A DNA stretch of 63,785 nt, counting the filler, from Collodictyon triciliatum (taxonomy: Eukaryota): assembly GCA_043381765.1 (NCBI GenBank). It is 13 parts of 13 records of this genome, joined end to end, with 100 filler letters (N's around TTAATTAATTAA, not from the genome) between each part and the next. Parts side by side here need not be neighbours in the genome. Positions count along the whole stretch, not along the records: positions 16,313 to 21,709 come from JBHJMP010005236.1; positions 21,810 to 27,199 come from JBHJMP010005237.1; positions 27,300 to 32,692 come from JBHJMP010005238.1; positions 32,793 to 38,186 come from JBHJMP010005239.1; 9 more parts are not named here. One strand, written 5' to 3'. This document shows, piece by piece, positions 19,590 to 33,445 of the stretch. The position numbers and the translations under genes are program-made. How positions within the stretch are numbered: position 1 is the first letter of the stretch; every line of letters starts with the position of its first letter. The notes beneath the pieces were generated by a model that had not been told where the DNA came from, ran no database searches, and saw nothing but the letters and a program-made list of their open reading frames with translations.

Positions 19590-21709
19590 TTAGGATTCTG
19601 TTCTCTCCGGGCTGTCAAGCGATTCGTCATATTGCCAAAGAGCAACATTTTTGTCATGAGAGCAGCTAATTTTAATATCAAGATAATTGACTGAGCGAGT
19701 TGACACAATAAACAACATGCTGTAATGCATGACCAAAAAAGAAACGAGCATTTATGTACGTGTATATTTTAGCCTACATTGACGAACATGAGACAATTTT
19801 TCATGCAAAGAGAATGAAAGACATGTGGTAAGAGCGAAAAGAGGAAACCACGAATCACTGTGCGGCTACCTTGCCAAGAGTGCTTGGTTTGCATTCCAGG
19901 TTGCGTTGTAGACTACACCCTTATGTCCTGTCAGCTTGCCGACCTGGTCTCCTGTGTTTGAGTCCCAGATGTAAACACTCCCGTCCTATATTAAACACCA
20001 CCGTAAGAGCCTGTCTGCATGATATATCTACACACTTAAGGAAAGTTGCTACTTTCTGTTCTATTTTTTTTCTGCCAAATTCCATCAGATGAACAAGTAA
20101 TTGGGTTTATAGCATAAACTGCAACGCATGACCAACAGACAGTTACCTCAGACCCGCCCACTACCAGTTCATCTTTGGGTCCGAAGTTACATCTTACAAA
20201 GTTCTTTGAAGTGTTTTGGTGGCCTTTGAATCTCCGCATCGGGCGTCCCTGTGGCCAATTTAATTATCATATTTACTTTGTTTTTGTTTGACCTTGGATT
20301 CATGAATGATATGCGTCAATGATTATATGGAGAGGAGATAATATATAAGAAACAAAGAAACAAGGACACAAAGACACAAAGACACAAAGACACAAAGACA
20401 CAAAGACACAAAGACACAAAGACACAAAGACACAAAGAAACAAAGAAACAAAGACACAAAGACACAAAGACACAAAGACACAAAGACACAAAGAAACAAA
20501 GAAACAAAGAAACAAAGAAACAAAGAAACAAAGAAACAAAGAAACAAAAAAAAGTGCAGCTAATCAAACATATGCAACCAAGTAAAAATAAACCAAAACA
20601 TATTATGCGGACAATAGTGATTATCTTCTCACTGTCCGAACATCCCACAACCGATTTGAATTGTCCTTGCACCCACTCAACAAGTGAACCCCAGATGCGT
20701 TCATAGCCACACTTGTAACTTCCCAAAGATGTGTAGAGTATGTTTTGATGCAAACCCCGCTAATAATGTCCCAGAACTTGATGGTACTGTCTTTCGAACT
20801 AGTGAATGATGGCGAAAATACTAAACCTATGTGCATCAAATGTAGGCGCAAAAATAGATGGAAACAAACGTCTAATTTGTTCAAAGCGATAACTATGATA
20901 GATTCACATTGATTGGCGTTCTTTTTTTCTCCTCTCTCTCTCCAAATGATAATGATAATGATAATGATAATGATAATGATAATGATAATGATAATGATAA
21001 TGATAATGATATATGAGTGATTTTAAACCCGCTAATAACGAGGTTTCCAAGGGGGGAAAATATAACTCGCGAAACCGATGACTCGTGTCCTTCGAATGTT
21101 CTCAAAAGAGTCCCCGTATGTGCGTCCCAAAACTTCACAGATTTATCATATCCACCCGTCGCAACATGCATCTAGATGGATAATTTGTCAGATGTCACCA
21201 ATTCTGGAACGAAATACCAATATATTCATTTTATGGAGTATGATTATAACCCCATCATGGCGAAAGTCTACACTGTAGACATCTCCGCTGTGTCCTGATA
21301 GCGTAGTTAGGCATTTCGGCTGGAAAACAGGCTCGTCAAGCCTTGAAGTGTCCCATACCTACATAATGATGTGAATGAGAGCGAATTCAGCTATTGTAAT
21401 GGTTTGATATATGTTGGTCACTTGTAGAAGACATTGCTTTTTTGAACCTTGATTGTGCTATCACCAGATGCGCTACAAAGTACTGTCCCTTTTTTGTTAG
21501 AGGTGACATCCCATATTCTAGATTTGTGGTCACTGAGAATATGCGTGACTGAACCGTTGCTACTTTTCCAGAGCCTGACAGTGTTATCACTGCAATTGAT
21601 GTTACTTGGTGACATTTTTTCAAAATATGTATTTCAGGAAGATCATCTAAAATGCATAAACATAGGAGGATTCGGGGACGGCGGAGGGTGGGTATCTGCA
21701 AAAAACAAA
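19590..21709 (-). CDS. WD40-repeat protein (multi-exon, 5'-partial)
   Basis: Multiple GH...WD repeats (SDHKSRIWDV, GGYDKSVKFWD, SKDSTIKFWD, FKGHQNTSKNF, LTGHKGVVY); last exon CSHDKNVALWQ...ES*. Confidence 0.85.
20348..20548 (+). repeat. 8-bp minisatellite (ACAAAGAC/ACAAAGAA)n in a WD40 intron
   Basis: Direct reading of the sequence. Confidence 0.9.
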
Positions 21710-22343
21710 NNNNNNNNNNNNNNNNNNNNNNNNNNNNNNNNNNNNNNNNNNNNTTAATTAATTAANNNNNNNNNNNNNNNNNNNNNNNNNNNNNNNNNNN
21801 NNNNNNNNNAGCAGTGTTTGATGCTATCAGAGATTCTTGCTGTGAATTGAGATGCAGCACTTGCTGCTGTGTTTGGTTCAACTGAGTTTGTACCAGTTGC
21901 AGTTGTTGCATCAAACGCATACATTCAAACACAGCTGACTGCGCCTCAAAGTTTCCTGCTCATTGTTTTGAACACAAACTTGCCAAAGTCAGACGCAGAC
22001 GAATAGGACACAATACAGACGCTTACCACAACATCGACCGCACAAGGAAGACAGGCTTGTGGGTGGGACGAAGCGGACCGACGCCGTAATCCCCGGATGC
22101 CAAGGGATTCATGGCAACCCGCGTATCTAAGCTGCAGCCATGAAACAAGTTCAGGAAGCCAAACTCCAAGCAGACGGCCAAGCGGTAGCGCCACGGCTTA
22201 CTCGCAGTTCGCCGCCGAAGCAGAAGAGAAGGAAACGAAGAGACAAAGAAAAAAAAAACTCAAGAGTTTGCTCATGCTTGGTTAAGGATCCATCGGCGGA
22301 CTTTATGCTAATTGGGTATGAGACCGCAGCCGCTCTTCTGCAC

Positions 22344-25300
22344 TCAGTTCGTGGCAGCCGGGAATCCGCTGTAGAGGCCGCGCGACTTGAGCTCGGCGAT
22401 GAACTGGGAGCCGACAGCAGAGCCGGCCGGGAAGAAGACGGGAGGATAGCCAAGGGGCGCGGGGACGTTGATGTAGGAGCCCTGTGTTGGCGAGCCAAAG
22501 GACTTCTCTGTCCACAGATGAACCCACTGGCCGGCCGGCAGATACAGGTCGACGTTGCTTGTGCCTTCCTCCACACACGGGGCGAAGAGCAGTTCGGTGC
22601 CGACAAGGTATTGGAAGCGCAGGTCGTAGACGGCTGCATCGTTGGGGTAGTGCAGGAAGAGGTGGCGCACAACTAGGTGGGATAGGCAAGCACGTGCGAA
22701 GAGGATTGTGAGTTTGCCCTCGCCGATGCACATTCTTTTCTTTTCTTTTCTTTGAAAATAATACATTCACTCCCTCAGTAAATAAACAAGAATCATAAGA
22801 ATCATAAGAAAAGCATGTGGCGTTTCATTTTGCCCAATATGTCATCAGCCGCGTGGTGTATACCCGGGTATCCCAAGTTCGTGGCCTCACGAATCAACTG
22901 TGTGCGATAGAACTTCCAGGCTGCGTACACTCCGGCCATGCGCCCAAACAGAACCACGGATTCTTCGTCACCATCGAACTAGCGTCGCCGTGCACAAGTC
23001 AAATGAGGGAGAAGCAGGTGTAGGCGAGGCAGTAAAGAGAAATATATTGCAGGATGAAAGTTAGGCTGTGCAAATAGGAGGCTGCTGAACCTGCCAGTGT
23101 TGTGTTCGGAGGTTTCCTTCGTGTGTGCGGTAGACTGTGGTGAATGCAGAGAGCTCGCACCAGCGCAGGAACAATTCCTTTGTGCGGATGTAAGAGAAGT
23201 TGCCCTGCAAAATAATGTTCAGACGGAGATGAGTTGGTGGAAATGGCACGAAATCTCTGGAGTAAGGCTGCGCGGTCTTGTGCTGAATTGATGTTGAATT
23301 GGTTTGACTGTGTCTTACAACTGGTGTGACAATGTTCAATCCCGTGTAGCCACCGATATCACTGTGCTGCAAGCTGAAGCCGGAAAGACCAGACGACAAC
23401 ATCCCAACAACCGCGCTCTTCAGGCCATCATACTCATCCCAGGTCACAAGTTGGTCCTGCGTACAAAGTCAATATTGTGTGTGTCAATGGTCACAAGCCC
23501 ATCTTTCTAAGTTTTGTCTCGAAACCGTCTCCCTTGCACTTCGATTGGACAGGACGTGGTAAATATTGAAATGAGGGATGACAATGATGACAATTATGAC
23601 AATTATGATAATGGTTATGGCGACGATATTCATAATTGAGTGCTGTGTGGGTCTGATTCTTCATTTGGGAGGCTTTCAAGAGGGCCGATTGCAAATGCGC
23701 CTTACCCCGAGCCAGAAGAGGGTGGTGCGGCCAGGGCTGAGTGAGTAGGCAGCACGCATGAAGTAAACAACTTCGCCAGAGAGTCTTGCCTCAGCAATCG
23801 CCTCTTGATTTATCAAGGCCCATTCCTAAGGTCAAACGTGGTTCAGAGTCTAGTTTCCACATATTGACGTATGTAGTGATTAAAATGAGCAAACGAAATC
23901 ATTGTGCAGCAACAGCCAAACCTGGGGGTATCTGTTGTGGTACTCCTTGGGGTCTTCACCGTTGAATAGGACGGAGTCATACCACGGCACTGATTCACCA
24001 AAGTCTGCCATGTATCCACGAGCACCAGAGGCAAGCATCTCGTTCTTGATGATATCCTTGTACCATGTACGTGCTGCGGGGTTTCTGCGTAGGTAATATT
24101 TTCAATTATACGGACCATAGAAGCTGAATCAATGGAGTTAACTTCATGGTTGAATATCAGTGCGACGCATATTTCGGAGAACGTGTCATCATACGTGAAA
24201 TCAGTGAGCCCAGCCGCTTTAGATATTAAGTATTGTTATTAGATTAAGAGAGGATTATTCAACTGAGCAAGGAAAAAACTACAGCTCGGTTTGGTATGAA
24301 AGATGGAAAGTCGCTTACAGAATCCGCCTTGGTCAAGCAGGATTGGCTCTCCGTTTCGGTTCTTGATAAAGTAACCTTTCTCCACGCCCTCCTTGAAGTA
24401 ATTCTTCTGAATTCCAGGCTTATTTGTCCCGTCTGTCAGGAAGGGGTTGATGTAGGTCATCATACGAACGTTCTCGCGGAGAAGATCAGAGACCAGCGTG
24501 TCCCAATTCGGGTACTGGTTGTAATCCAGCTCCCAGGTCCACCATAGGCGAGATCCAAAGTCTGTGATGCGAATTCCAACCCAATCCTGATGGAATCACC
24601 AAGGATGGTGAGTTCATATTTGAAAAGGAAAAATATATGGCATATGACATGAACGAATGCATGCGGAGTAGGTGGTAAGGTAGAATCTCTTTGAGTGTAA
24701 TGGATATTGATGACAGCTTGTACCTGCAACCAAAAGGCGGCTGTTGGGACCTACGTTTGATGGGAATGTAATGCTCAGTAGTAATTATCAAGCCCCCCTC
24801 ACATATGTGATATTTTGACGGAATTCTGTGATATCTTTGAGTTATCTACAAAGAGGCTTAACGCTCGGAAGGGAAGAAATTTAATGTTTGCTGACATGTC
24901 ACCTTGTACTGCTTGAGAAGGGCATACGTGTTGAGAACTTCCTGGGTTCCTCCTTGCATACCGAGAACAGCGCCATTATTGATCCAATCGGCAAGCAGAG
25001 GCATGCGGCCGCAGTATGTTGTGTACTCTCGGATGATGTCCAGTGGGGATCCGCTCTCGGAGTGGATGATTCGCCCGGCAATTTTGAGAGCGAACATCTT
25101 GATTGAGACCTATGTTTTCGTAGTTTGAAGACATCAGTAATGTACGGTCAGTCAGGACCAAAGGAGCCACACTTAAAATACACATGAGATCAACGCTTTC
25201 TCAGCAAGCTCAAGGTTATAAAGAGGGTCAGTGACCTTACCTTGAAATCGTCAGTCAAGTCAAAGACGGCATAGCTGTTACTGTAGAGGAATGCAGACGT

Positions 25301-27175
25301 GACTTTGTTCGTGACGTAATGAGGCACGGGTGAATAGGTGGTCTGATAGTTTCCTCCGGTATTGTTCTTGTAGTTGTTCAGATACCTACAAGACAATGTT
25401 TTTAACAAGATCATAAATCATGGGAAATGAATAATAATTAGTCATCCAAGAACTGGTATTGAGCGTAAGAATCCGCCCAAAAAGAGCAGAATCAAGTGGA
25501 TTGCGGTAACATTAAATTCTGCAAAACGCAAGAGTACAATACATGGGAGGGATAGTTCGTGACTTGTACTGTACAAAAACAATATGTTCTCGGGTAGATG
25601 GATAATGCATAGATACCATGTCAATGGCTGGATTCCACGGCCCACGCCCTGCTCCTGGACGAGGATTTCGACTTTCTTGCCCTTGTAGTCAAAGAATGTG
25701 AACTGCTCACCGAATCCGAAGATGCGCTCGGTCGGGTCAGAGCGGAGATTCAGATAGAGCCTGTTCCAGTTCTCGGAGGTGGCTGCTTGCAGAGAGAACT
25801 CGAGCTGATTGGCAGAAACGGGGCGGAAGACAAGAGAGAAGGAAACCTGGCAGTTTGCAAGGCGCCCTTGAACTGTGACTGTGCGGCCGTCGCTGGTGAT
25901 GGAGGTGACAGCCGAGCCTTCGCATGTGCGGGTGACTGAGTCGGTGATTTTGTAGTGGCCTGCATACTCCTCGACCTGATGTGTCGCAAATGCACGAGTG
26001 AGTAGGGAAGTGGCTTATGCTTGGCTGCGNNNNNNNNNNNNNNNNNNNNNNNNNNNNNNNNNNNNNNNNNNNNNNNNNNNNNNNNNNNNNNNNNNNNNNN
26101 NNNNNNNNNNNNNNNNNNNNNNNNNNNNNNNNNNNNNNNNNNNNNNNNNNNNNNNNNNNNNNNNNNNNNNNNNNNNNNNNNNNNNNNNNNNNNNNNNNNN
26201 NNNNNNNNNNNNNNNNNNNNNNNNNNNNNNNNNNNNNNNNNNNNNNNNNNNNNNNNNNNNNNNNNNNNNNNNNNNNNNNNNNNNNNNNNNNNNNNNNNNN
26301 NNNNNNNNNNNNNNNNNNNNNNNNNNNNNNNNNNNNNNNNNNNNNNNNNNNNNNNNNNNNNNNNNNNNNNNNNNNNNNNNNNNNNNNNNNNNNNNNNNNN
26401 NNNNNNNNNNNNNNNNNNNNNNNNNNNNNNNNNNNNNNNNNNNNNNNNNNNNNNNNNNNNNNNNNNNNNNNNNNNNNNNNNNNNNNNNNNNNNNNNNNNN
26501 NNNNNNNNNNNNNNNNNNNNNNNNNNNNNNNNNNNNNNNNNNNNNNNNNNNNNNNNNNNNNNNNNNNNNNNNNNNNNNNNNNNNNNNNNNNNNNNNNNNN
26601 NNNNNNNNNNNNNNNNNNNNNNNNNNNNNNNNNNNAGAGGCGAAGGCTGTGACGAAGCGCATCTGCGTATTTGCCGTCAGTCTTTGTCCGCCCTGCTTTG
26701 TCTTGGGAAGTCTGTCTGGGATCAACAAAGTGTGTGCCTTCTTCCAGGCTGCTGTTGTGTCTGTCTCGACTTTGTGTTCTCGTCTGCGTTCATATGACAT
26801 GCGAGTGCGGCATTGGTTTCTAAAACATGCTTGGGAACAATATATTGGCTCAATTTTCCAAGAAAGTAACATGTCCGAGGCGTGATGTCGACAATCTCAT
26901 GGAACCTTACATGTGGTTTTCATTCTGGTCTATCATACTATATTAGTCGATGAAGTGTGGTGTGGTGGCCTTGAGGGAGGAGTGAGATACAGCCCAATTT
27001 TTGCATCGACCGGAACGCTGTCAGGCTCGACAAACCCCGGGATTCAAGCTTCAGATTCCCATCCAAAGGTGACATGTCTTCACCGTGTCTCACTTCCCTG
27101 CAAACGGCTATAAATGCATTCATTTGTACCCACAACAATGGAGAGTAGGACAAAGGCAGAGTGGTGAGTGCCCAT
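22344..27175 (-). CDS. yihQ: GH31 alpha-glucosidase, sulfoquinovosidase (YihQ)-like; multi-exon, spans a 606-N scaffold gap, 5' end tentative
   Basis: GFGEQF...VQEQGVGRG, LGMQGG, FWLQ|DWVGIRITDFGSRLWW, nucleophile motif YMADFGE, acid/base motif WLG|DQLVTW, HSDIGGYT and RWCELSAFTTVYRTHEGN. Confidence 0.85.
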
Positions 27176-27377
27176 GCACCAGTTCGAACTCAAAAAAAAN
27201 NNNNNNNNNNNNNNNNNNNNNNNNNNNNNNNNNNNNNNNNNNNTTAATTAATTAANNNNNNNNNNNNNNNNNNNNNNNNNNNNNNNNNNNNNNNNNNNNT
27301 CTTCTTCTTCTTCTTCTTCTTCTTCTTCTTCTTCTTCTTCTTCTTCTTCTTCTTCTTCTTCTTCTTCTCTCTATTAG

Positions 27378-30300
27378 ATTCGTGTCGGTGAAATGGGAGG
27401 TATGACTTTGGGATTCTATAAGTGCGCCTTCTCACCGAACAGTAGCCAAATGATTGTCAATGGTTACAGGTTCCTTTTTTCTCTCCTTCTTTCCCTTTTC
27501 AATCTCACCGTACCGAAAAAAAAAACAGGCTGTTTTTAATTCATAATATATTTAATTATTTTCTTGAAGTGCTGTTGCACTATTTTTTGTAATTACTTAT
27601 TAATTATTTCAATTATAAACATATCATATAGTGGTGCATTCCATCTATGGGAAAAAATTGCGGAAGGAGGTAATGGATCACCAAAGAGATGTATGGGTAG
27701 AAGTAATGTGCCCTTATAGTGTAACTGAATACATTTTTTTTTTGTTCTGAATTGTACCTAAAGAGCGATGGGAGCCAAAAGTTGTAGTCTCTGGTCATTT
27801 CGGCTCTGTTGATGATATATCCTGGGACACTACAAGGAGTTTCTTAATTTCAACAAGGTTGAAATCCCACACATACCGCTCGAATTTACTAGTTTTATTT
27901 ATATCTCCCTTTATCCTGCATATGTTTATCACAATTCATGTTAAAAGAGACAATTTCAGTAGTGGAAACCATTCTGAAAAAATATTCACATTCTAGAGTT
28001 CAACTAAAATCATCATACACTATATTTTTCTTTCTTATGGTACCTCAACAACATTTACCCATAAAATTTTATCTCAACAGCCAAGACCAGACAACACGTA
28101 TATTCTCTGACTGGAAAAAGGGAGAGGGAAGACCTTATTGGTACGAGGTCGCCAGACCCCAGGTTTTCAGATGAAATCCTACCAGCTATTTTGTAAAAAA
28201 CAGAGAAGGCCAAATAAATCCTTCTTAACATTGCTTATACAAATTTCAGCCTTTTAAGTTTTTCCCTTCAGATCAAATTATGTTTGTTCCTAACTACACA
28301 TTGAACCGAATGATGGAAAAAAATGTTCGTTCCTAACCGATTTTATTACTTTCTTGAAATGCTCTATTTATCTACTTGCGATAGGTTCATGGTCATGATT
28401 TAAATTGTTTGGCAGTTATACAAAACAAATACTTCCAATATGTATCCGGAGCAGATGAAAAAGTTAGAATATCCATAACTTTTTTTCTTCGTGATATCTC
28501 GTTTGGTATTATACAGTTTCGATAATTTCAGCTACATTCCGTAAATTGAGCCCACATACCAATACCCCACATAGGTTCTCCGTGCATTTTTCTCGCCAAA
28601 GACGTTCATGGAGACACTCCAAAACATTTCCGGGGTCAAGCTTCCAGTCAATGTAAGCAATTAAATATAATGGGTCTCTTCCCTTCATTAACATTATATA
28701 TTGTCCCGATTCTCTGGTGCAACTCATTTTAAATTGTTGACAATATTTTTCCTAGCCGGAACTTCCTATTGGCGCCATTGTCCCTCCTTTGGGTCTTTCC
28801 AATAAGCCTGTATTCGAAAGTATGCGCATAGAGACTCAATTAATGCCGTAAAAAAGTAAAGAAAAAAAAAGAATGAAGCAACAATTGATAATTGCATATC
28901 GAATCAGGTGATTTAACAGCCACGGGACTTCCGTCCGAGGCCATGGAGCAATTGATCATTGCCGACGAAGATGAAGAGGAGGAGGGTGGAGACGAGCGAA
29001 AATTTAACCTTTCAATGCTTGTATGATAATTGTGCACATTCATCGTAGCAAACTAATGAGCCTTTTCGTTTCTCATCCCAGACGTTTTGTAATCATGCCT
29101 TACTAGTATGCTACTAGTTTATCTTATTGAATTTTTATTTCTAGTACCTATATGACCAATCTTGACGAAATTTACCCTATTCCTTTTATTGACACTGCAA
29201 TATTTTTTCCGCCCTTTGTCTCATCCGGTGCTATCCAAGACTGCATCAGTTCATCCCCCATTTGAAGAGCATCTTTTACAAAACACTTTATGGCCGGAGA
29301 GTCAAAAACTGTAATCACCAGATATCATCTCTAAATCTGAATCACGAAACCATCCATTATAATCCTATAACAATTGATTCTCTGTCATATATTATATATA
29401 TTATACATTTCCTTTTCTTTTTTTCTTTCTCTCCTCCCTCTCTAAATCCCATATTGCGAAACTACACTATTGATACCTTCCAATTCTAAAATAGTTACGG
29501 CCATGGCAATGAGATTGTTTGTGTGACAAGCAACAATGCCGGCACATTGATTGCTTCTGCATGCAAGGCATCCAATCAAATCACGCTTTGATTATCATTA
29601 TTACCATCATTATCATCATCATCATCACCTTTCTTTTGTTCTGTGTTTCATTTTTTTAACTTTTAATTTATTGCCTGTTGATTATAATTATTTTTATTTT
29701 ATTCACAGGCCACAACACAAGCAATTGCCGCCATCCGGCTGTGGGACACAACTTCGTGGAAGTGTCTCGGAGTTTTGTCATGTTTGTAGTATATATGCGG
29801 ACTCTTCATAGTTCGAATTCAGGGGGAAAATAAGATTCTCATCCAATTTGTTTCTTTTGCCTCTAATAGTTTGCTCTTCGAGATGAACATTTGACAGGTT
29901 GAATGTGTTTAATCACTTTTCCATATACTTCCAGCGCACAAACTCACAGTTACACAATTGCAATTCTCGCCTGATGACAAATACCTTCTAAGTATTTCGC
30001 GTGACAGACATCTCTCTGTCTACGAGCGAAATGATGACCCAAGCAGCGGTGAATAATCAATCATTATAATAGTAAAAGAAAATATTTTAGGTTTTTTTTG
30101 TCTTTTAATTATTTTTTTTAACAATGTCCGATTTGAAGAAATATTGACAGATTTTCAATTGATATCACAGCTGAGCCACCATACACACTCCTGAGCTACA
30201 TTGAGGCCCACGAGAGAATCATTTGGGGATGTGCTTGGAGTCCTTCAGGAAATCTGTTTGTTGATTATTGTCCATTTTGACCTCTTATCTTTTTGGAACT

Positions 30301-31546
30301 GTAATGCACATTTTTTTCACATGAATTTTTCTCACAACTTAAAACTTAACATATTTTCAATCTATATCAGTTTTGCTACATGCTCTCGAGACAAAAAGGT
30401 TCTCTGCTAATTTCTTCATTTTCTGAATGTGTTTCATGCTTGCATTTATTCTGATGGACGACACAACATCCAATCAGACGTGGAGTCCATATTAGTGTCC
30501 AAAAGTTATGTCACTAATGAGGGTACCCTAGGTGAAAATATGGGACAACAGCAACAAAGAATGGACTGTTGTTCATACTTTTCCAACATTTTCAAGCGCG
30601 GTCTGTTCTGGATCTGATATTGAATTTTTTTTTTGTTTTGTTATTATTCGCTGTCAATCATTACATCTCAATATTTTGTTTACATTCACGTAAGGACATT
30701 AATTGAGTTGGTTTTCTTTTTCTTTTTTTCCCGTTCATTTCTCGTGTTTCGATAAATCTACAATAATTCTTTTATCGCAGGTCACTGCTGTGGATTGGTG
30801 CCAAGTTGTGTCACAAGGTGCTCACCCTATCAACACTCTTGCGATTGGATTGGAAGACGGATGTAACATCTTTGCTACAACTACATCATAGCTTGATTTG
30901 ATTCTATCTCTCCTTCTACTCATAAAATGTAGAGTTCCGGAAGACATAGTAAATAATTTGTTTATTTAAAGCAATATCTCTTTGGATGGGCCATGAAAGC
31001 GGATTCAGCAAATGGTGTTCTATCGACTCATTGTATCCGTTGATAATTTTTTTCTGTTCCTTTTTCTTTTATTACAACAAAAAATTGTTCATTCAAGAAT
31101 AAAGAATATTCTGTCTTTAACTCAAATCACTACAAGAACTGCTCCTGTGGCTGCAGTCAAGCGCCTGCGATGGAGGTACGTTGCGTGTATTCCCATCCAC
31201 ATAATTTTGGCCAGTAGCTTGATGTAGGAAAAATCACATATTTATGAGCGTGCATTATGTTGATATAAATAATCGCAATAAATAAAGTAATATAAAAATA
31301 ATGAACACCACAGAAAACCTGTGACAGGCGATAAAGAAACGATTTGGCTTGCTTGTGCCAGGTTTGTCTTAATATATGATAGTCACGATTGGATTCAATG
31401 TACTAAATGATACCTTTTTTTTTCCATTCTCGTTTGTGATTTTGACATTTGTCCGCCTCAAAATATTCGCTTGTAGCGAGGATAATTCAGTTCGTCTCTA
31501 TTCATTCGGTGCGTTCAAATCAGAGGCGTCGAAGCCACCAGAGTAG
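27378..31546 (+). CDS. ELP2: Elongator complex subunit 2 (WD40; multi-exon, 5'-partial)
   Basis: [77 protein letters not shown] and SRDR. Confidence 0.95.
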
Positions 31547-31859
31547 AGCTGAATAACCCAAACACAAACTGTGTTTCTTCAAAAAGAAAAAAAAAGACAA
31601 AAGAATATGAAAAAAAAAAAAAAGTACACCGAGAATTCCAACACAGCAGGAAGATAAAGAATAAAGAGAAAAAGAATACCTTCGCATTGGACTCATTCAT
31701 ACTGACAGAGTTTTCTGACAGAGACAAATGGCATTTTGTTGAATGAATGAATGAATGAATGAATGGGAAAAAAAGCAGCAAAATGTAAAAGCCATTTCTT
31801 TTTTTTCTCTCTCCCAATATCTTGTATCATGAATGCGCTCTCTTCACTACTGGAGGTTT

Positions 31860-32452
31860 TTATGCAGTGGTTGGTGTCTCTGGCTTCTTGCCAATCATGG
31901 GCTCGAGCGGAGGCGCGCCAGGGACGAAGCGAAGGATGATGCAAATAACCCCTGCGGCAATCACAACGCCGCCAGGAATGCTTTCGACTGTGTCGCTTTG
32001 GAGGCAAAGACAACCAATACTGATGGCAATAGCAAATGATAACAAAGAAACAAAGCAAAAGGAGGAAAAAGTTGAACACGTATGTTTTTACAGCGAACTG
32101 TGGACGCAATCATGTCCGTGGAATCATACACCTCCGAATTCGCACAATATAGACATTGTAGAGGCGAGAGCTAATATATAGGGAGAGAGAGGAAAAAAAG
32201 AAAAAAAGAAAAAAAGAAAAAAGAAAAAAAGAAAAAAAGAAAAAAAGAAAAAAAGAAAAAAAGAAAAAAAGAAAAAAAGAAAAAAAAGAAAAAAAAGAGA
32301 AAAAAAGGCTCGTGCTTTGTTATGGTTGATGATGTGAGTCTTACAAAATGTAGAAGAATCCACGGCCCAGGTAGTTGAAGAGAAAAGCAACGTTTTGTCC
32401 GATGACTTTGGGGCACTTGAACTGTACGAGAAACAGTACAGCGGAGAAGAAC
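31860..32452 (-). CDS. TVP15: COPI-associated Golgi membrane protein TVP15-like (3' exons)
   Basis: The splice joins FLFNYLGRGFFYIF|IGCLCLQ...GGVVIAAGVICIILRFVPGAPPLEPM. Confidence 0.75.
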
Positions 32453-32559
32453 CTTTGAAGAGGACAGACGCGAGTTAGTCTCTTAGTGCACGTACGATTT
32501 CTCTCGGGAAGATATGAGGCTTGAATTGTTTGGAGGGTTCAGATGAATAAAATAATAAG

Positions 32560-32692
32560 AACAATACAAATAACAACAATACAAATAACAACAATACAAA
32601 TAACAACAATACAAATAACAACAATACAAATAACAACAATACAAATAACAACAATACAAATAACAACAATACAAATAACAACAATACAAATA
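32560..32692 (+). repeat. 15-bp minisatellite (ACAATACAAATAACA)n at a contig end
   Basis: Direct reading of the sequence. Confidence 0.9.
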
Positions 32693-33047
32693 NNNNNNNN
32701 NNNNNNNNNNNNNNNNNNNNNNNNNNNNNNNNNNNNTTAATTAATTAANNNNNNNNNNNNNNNNNNNNNNNNNNNNNNNNNNNNNNNNNNNNTTTCTTTT
32801 TCTTTTTCTTTTTCTTTTTCTTTTTCTTTTTCTTTTTCTTTTTCTTTTTCTTTTTCTTTTTCTTTTTCTTTTTCTTTTTCTTTTTCTTTTGTCTTTTGTC
32901 TTTTTTTCTTTTGTCTCAAATACCAAGCCTTACTCTCTTCGAGCTGCGCGTTTCTTGCGTGAGAATTGTTTGAAAACATGTTGAAGAAGGAACAGGGCTA
33001 GCGAAAGAGTCTAATACACCCCCAGTTTACAAGCACAGCCCAAAGAG

Positions 33048-33324
33048 ATGGTTTCGCAAGAGGTGAAAGCCAAAGCCCAGCAATGGCTCGAGTGGGACAG
33101 AAACCCAGAGGATCGTGCACAAATCGAGGCTCTTTTGAAGGCCGAAGACGAAGCCGAACTCAAGAAGAGACTCATGACTCGCATCCAGTTCGGAACAGCC
33201 GGACTGCGAGGACCGATGAAGGCGGGATTCAGCTGCATGAACGACTTAACTGTGATCCAGGCTTCTCAGGTTTTTTATTTTAATCTTATTATCATTTTTA
33301 CTTTAACCATTATTATTATTAATA

Positions 33325-33380
<56 letters not shown>

Positions 33381-33381
33381 A

Positions 33382-33445
<64 letters not shown>

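Noticed and set aside
25998-26885. Long ORFs spanning the N run
   Set aside because: Artefacts of the 606-N scaffold gap.
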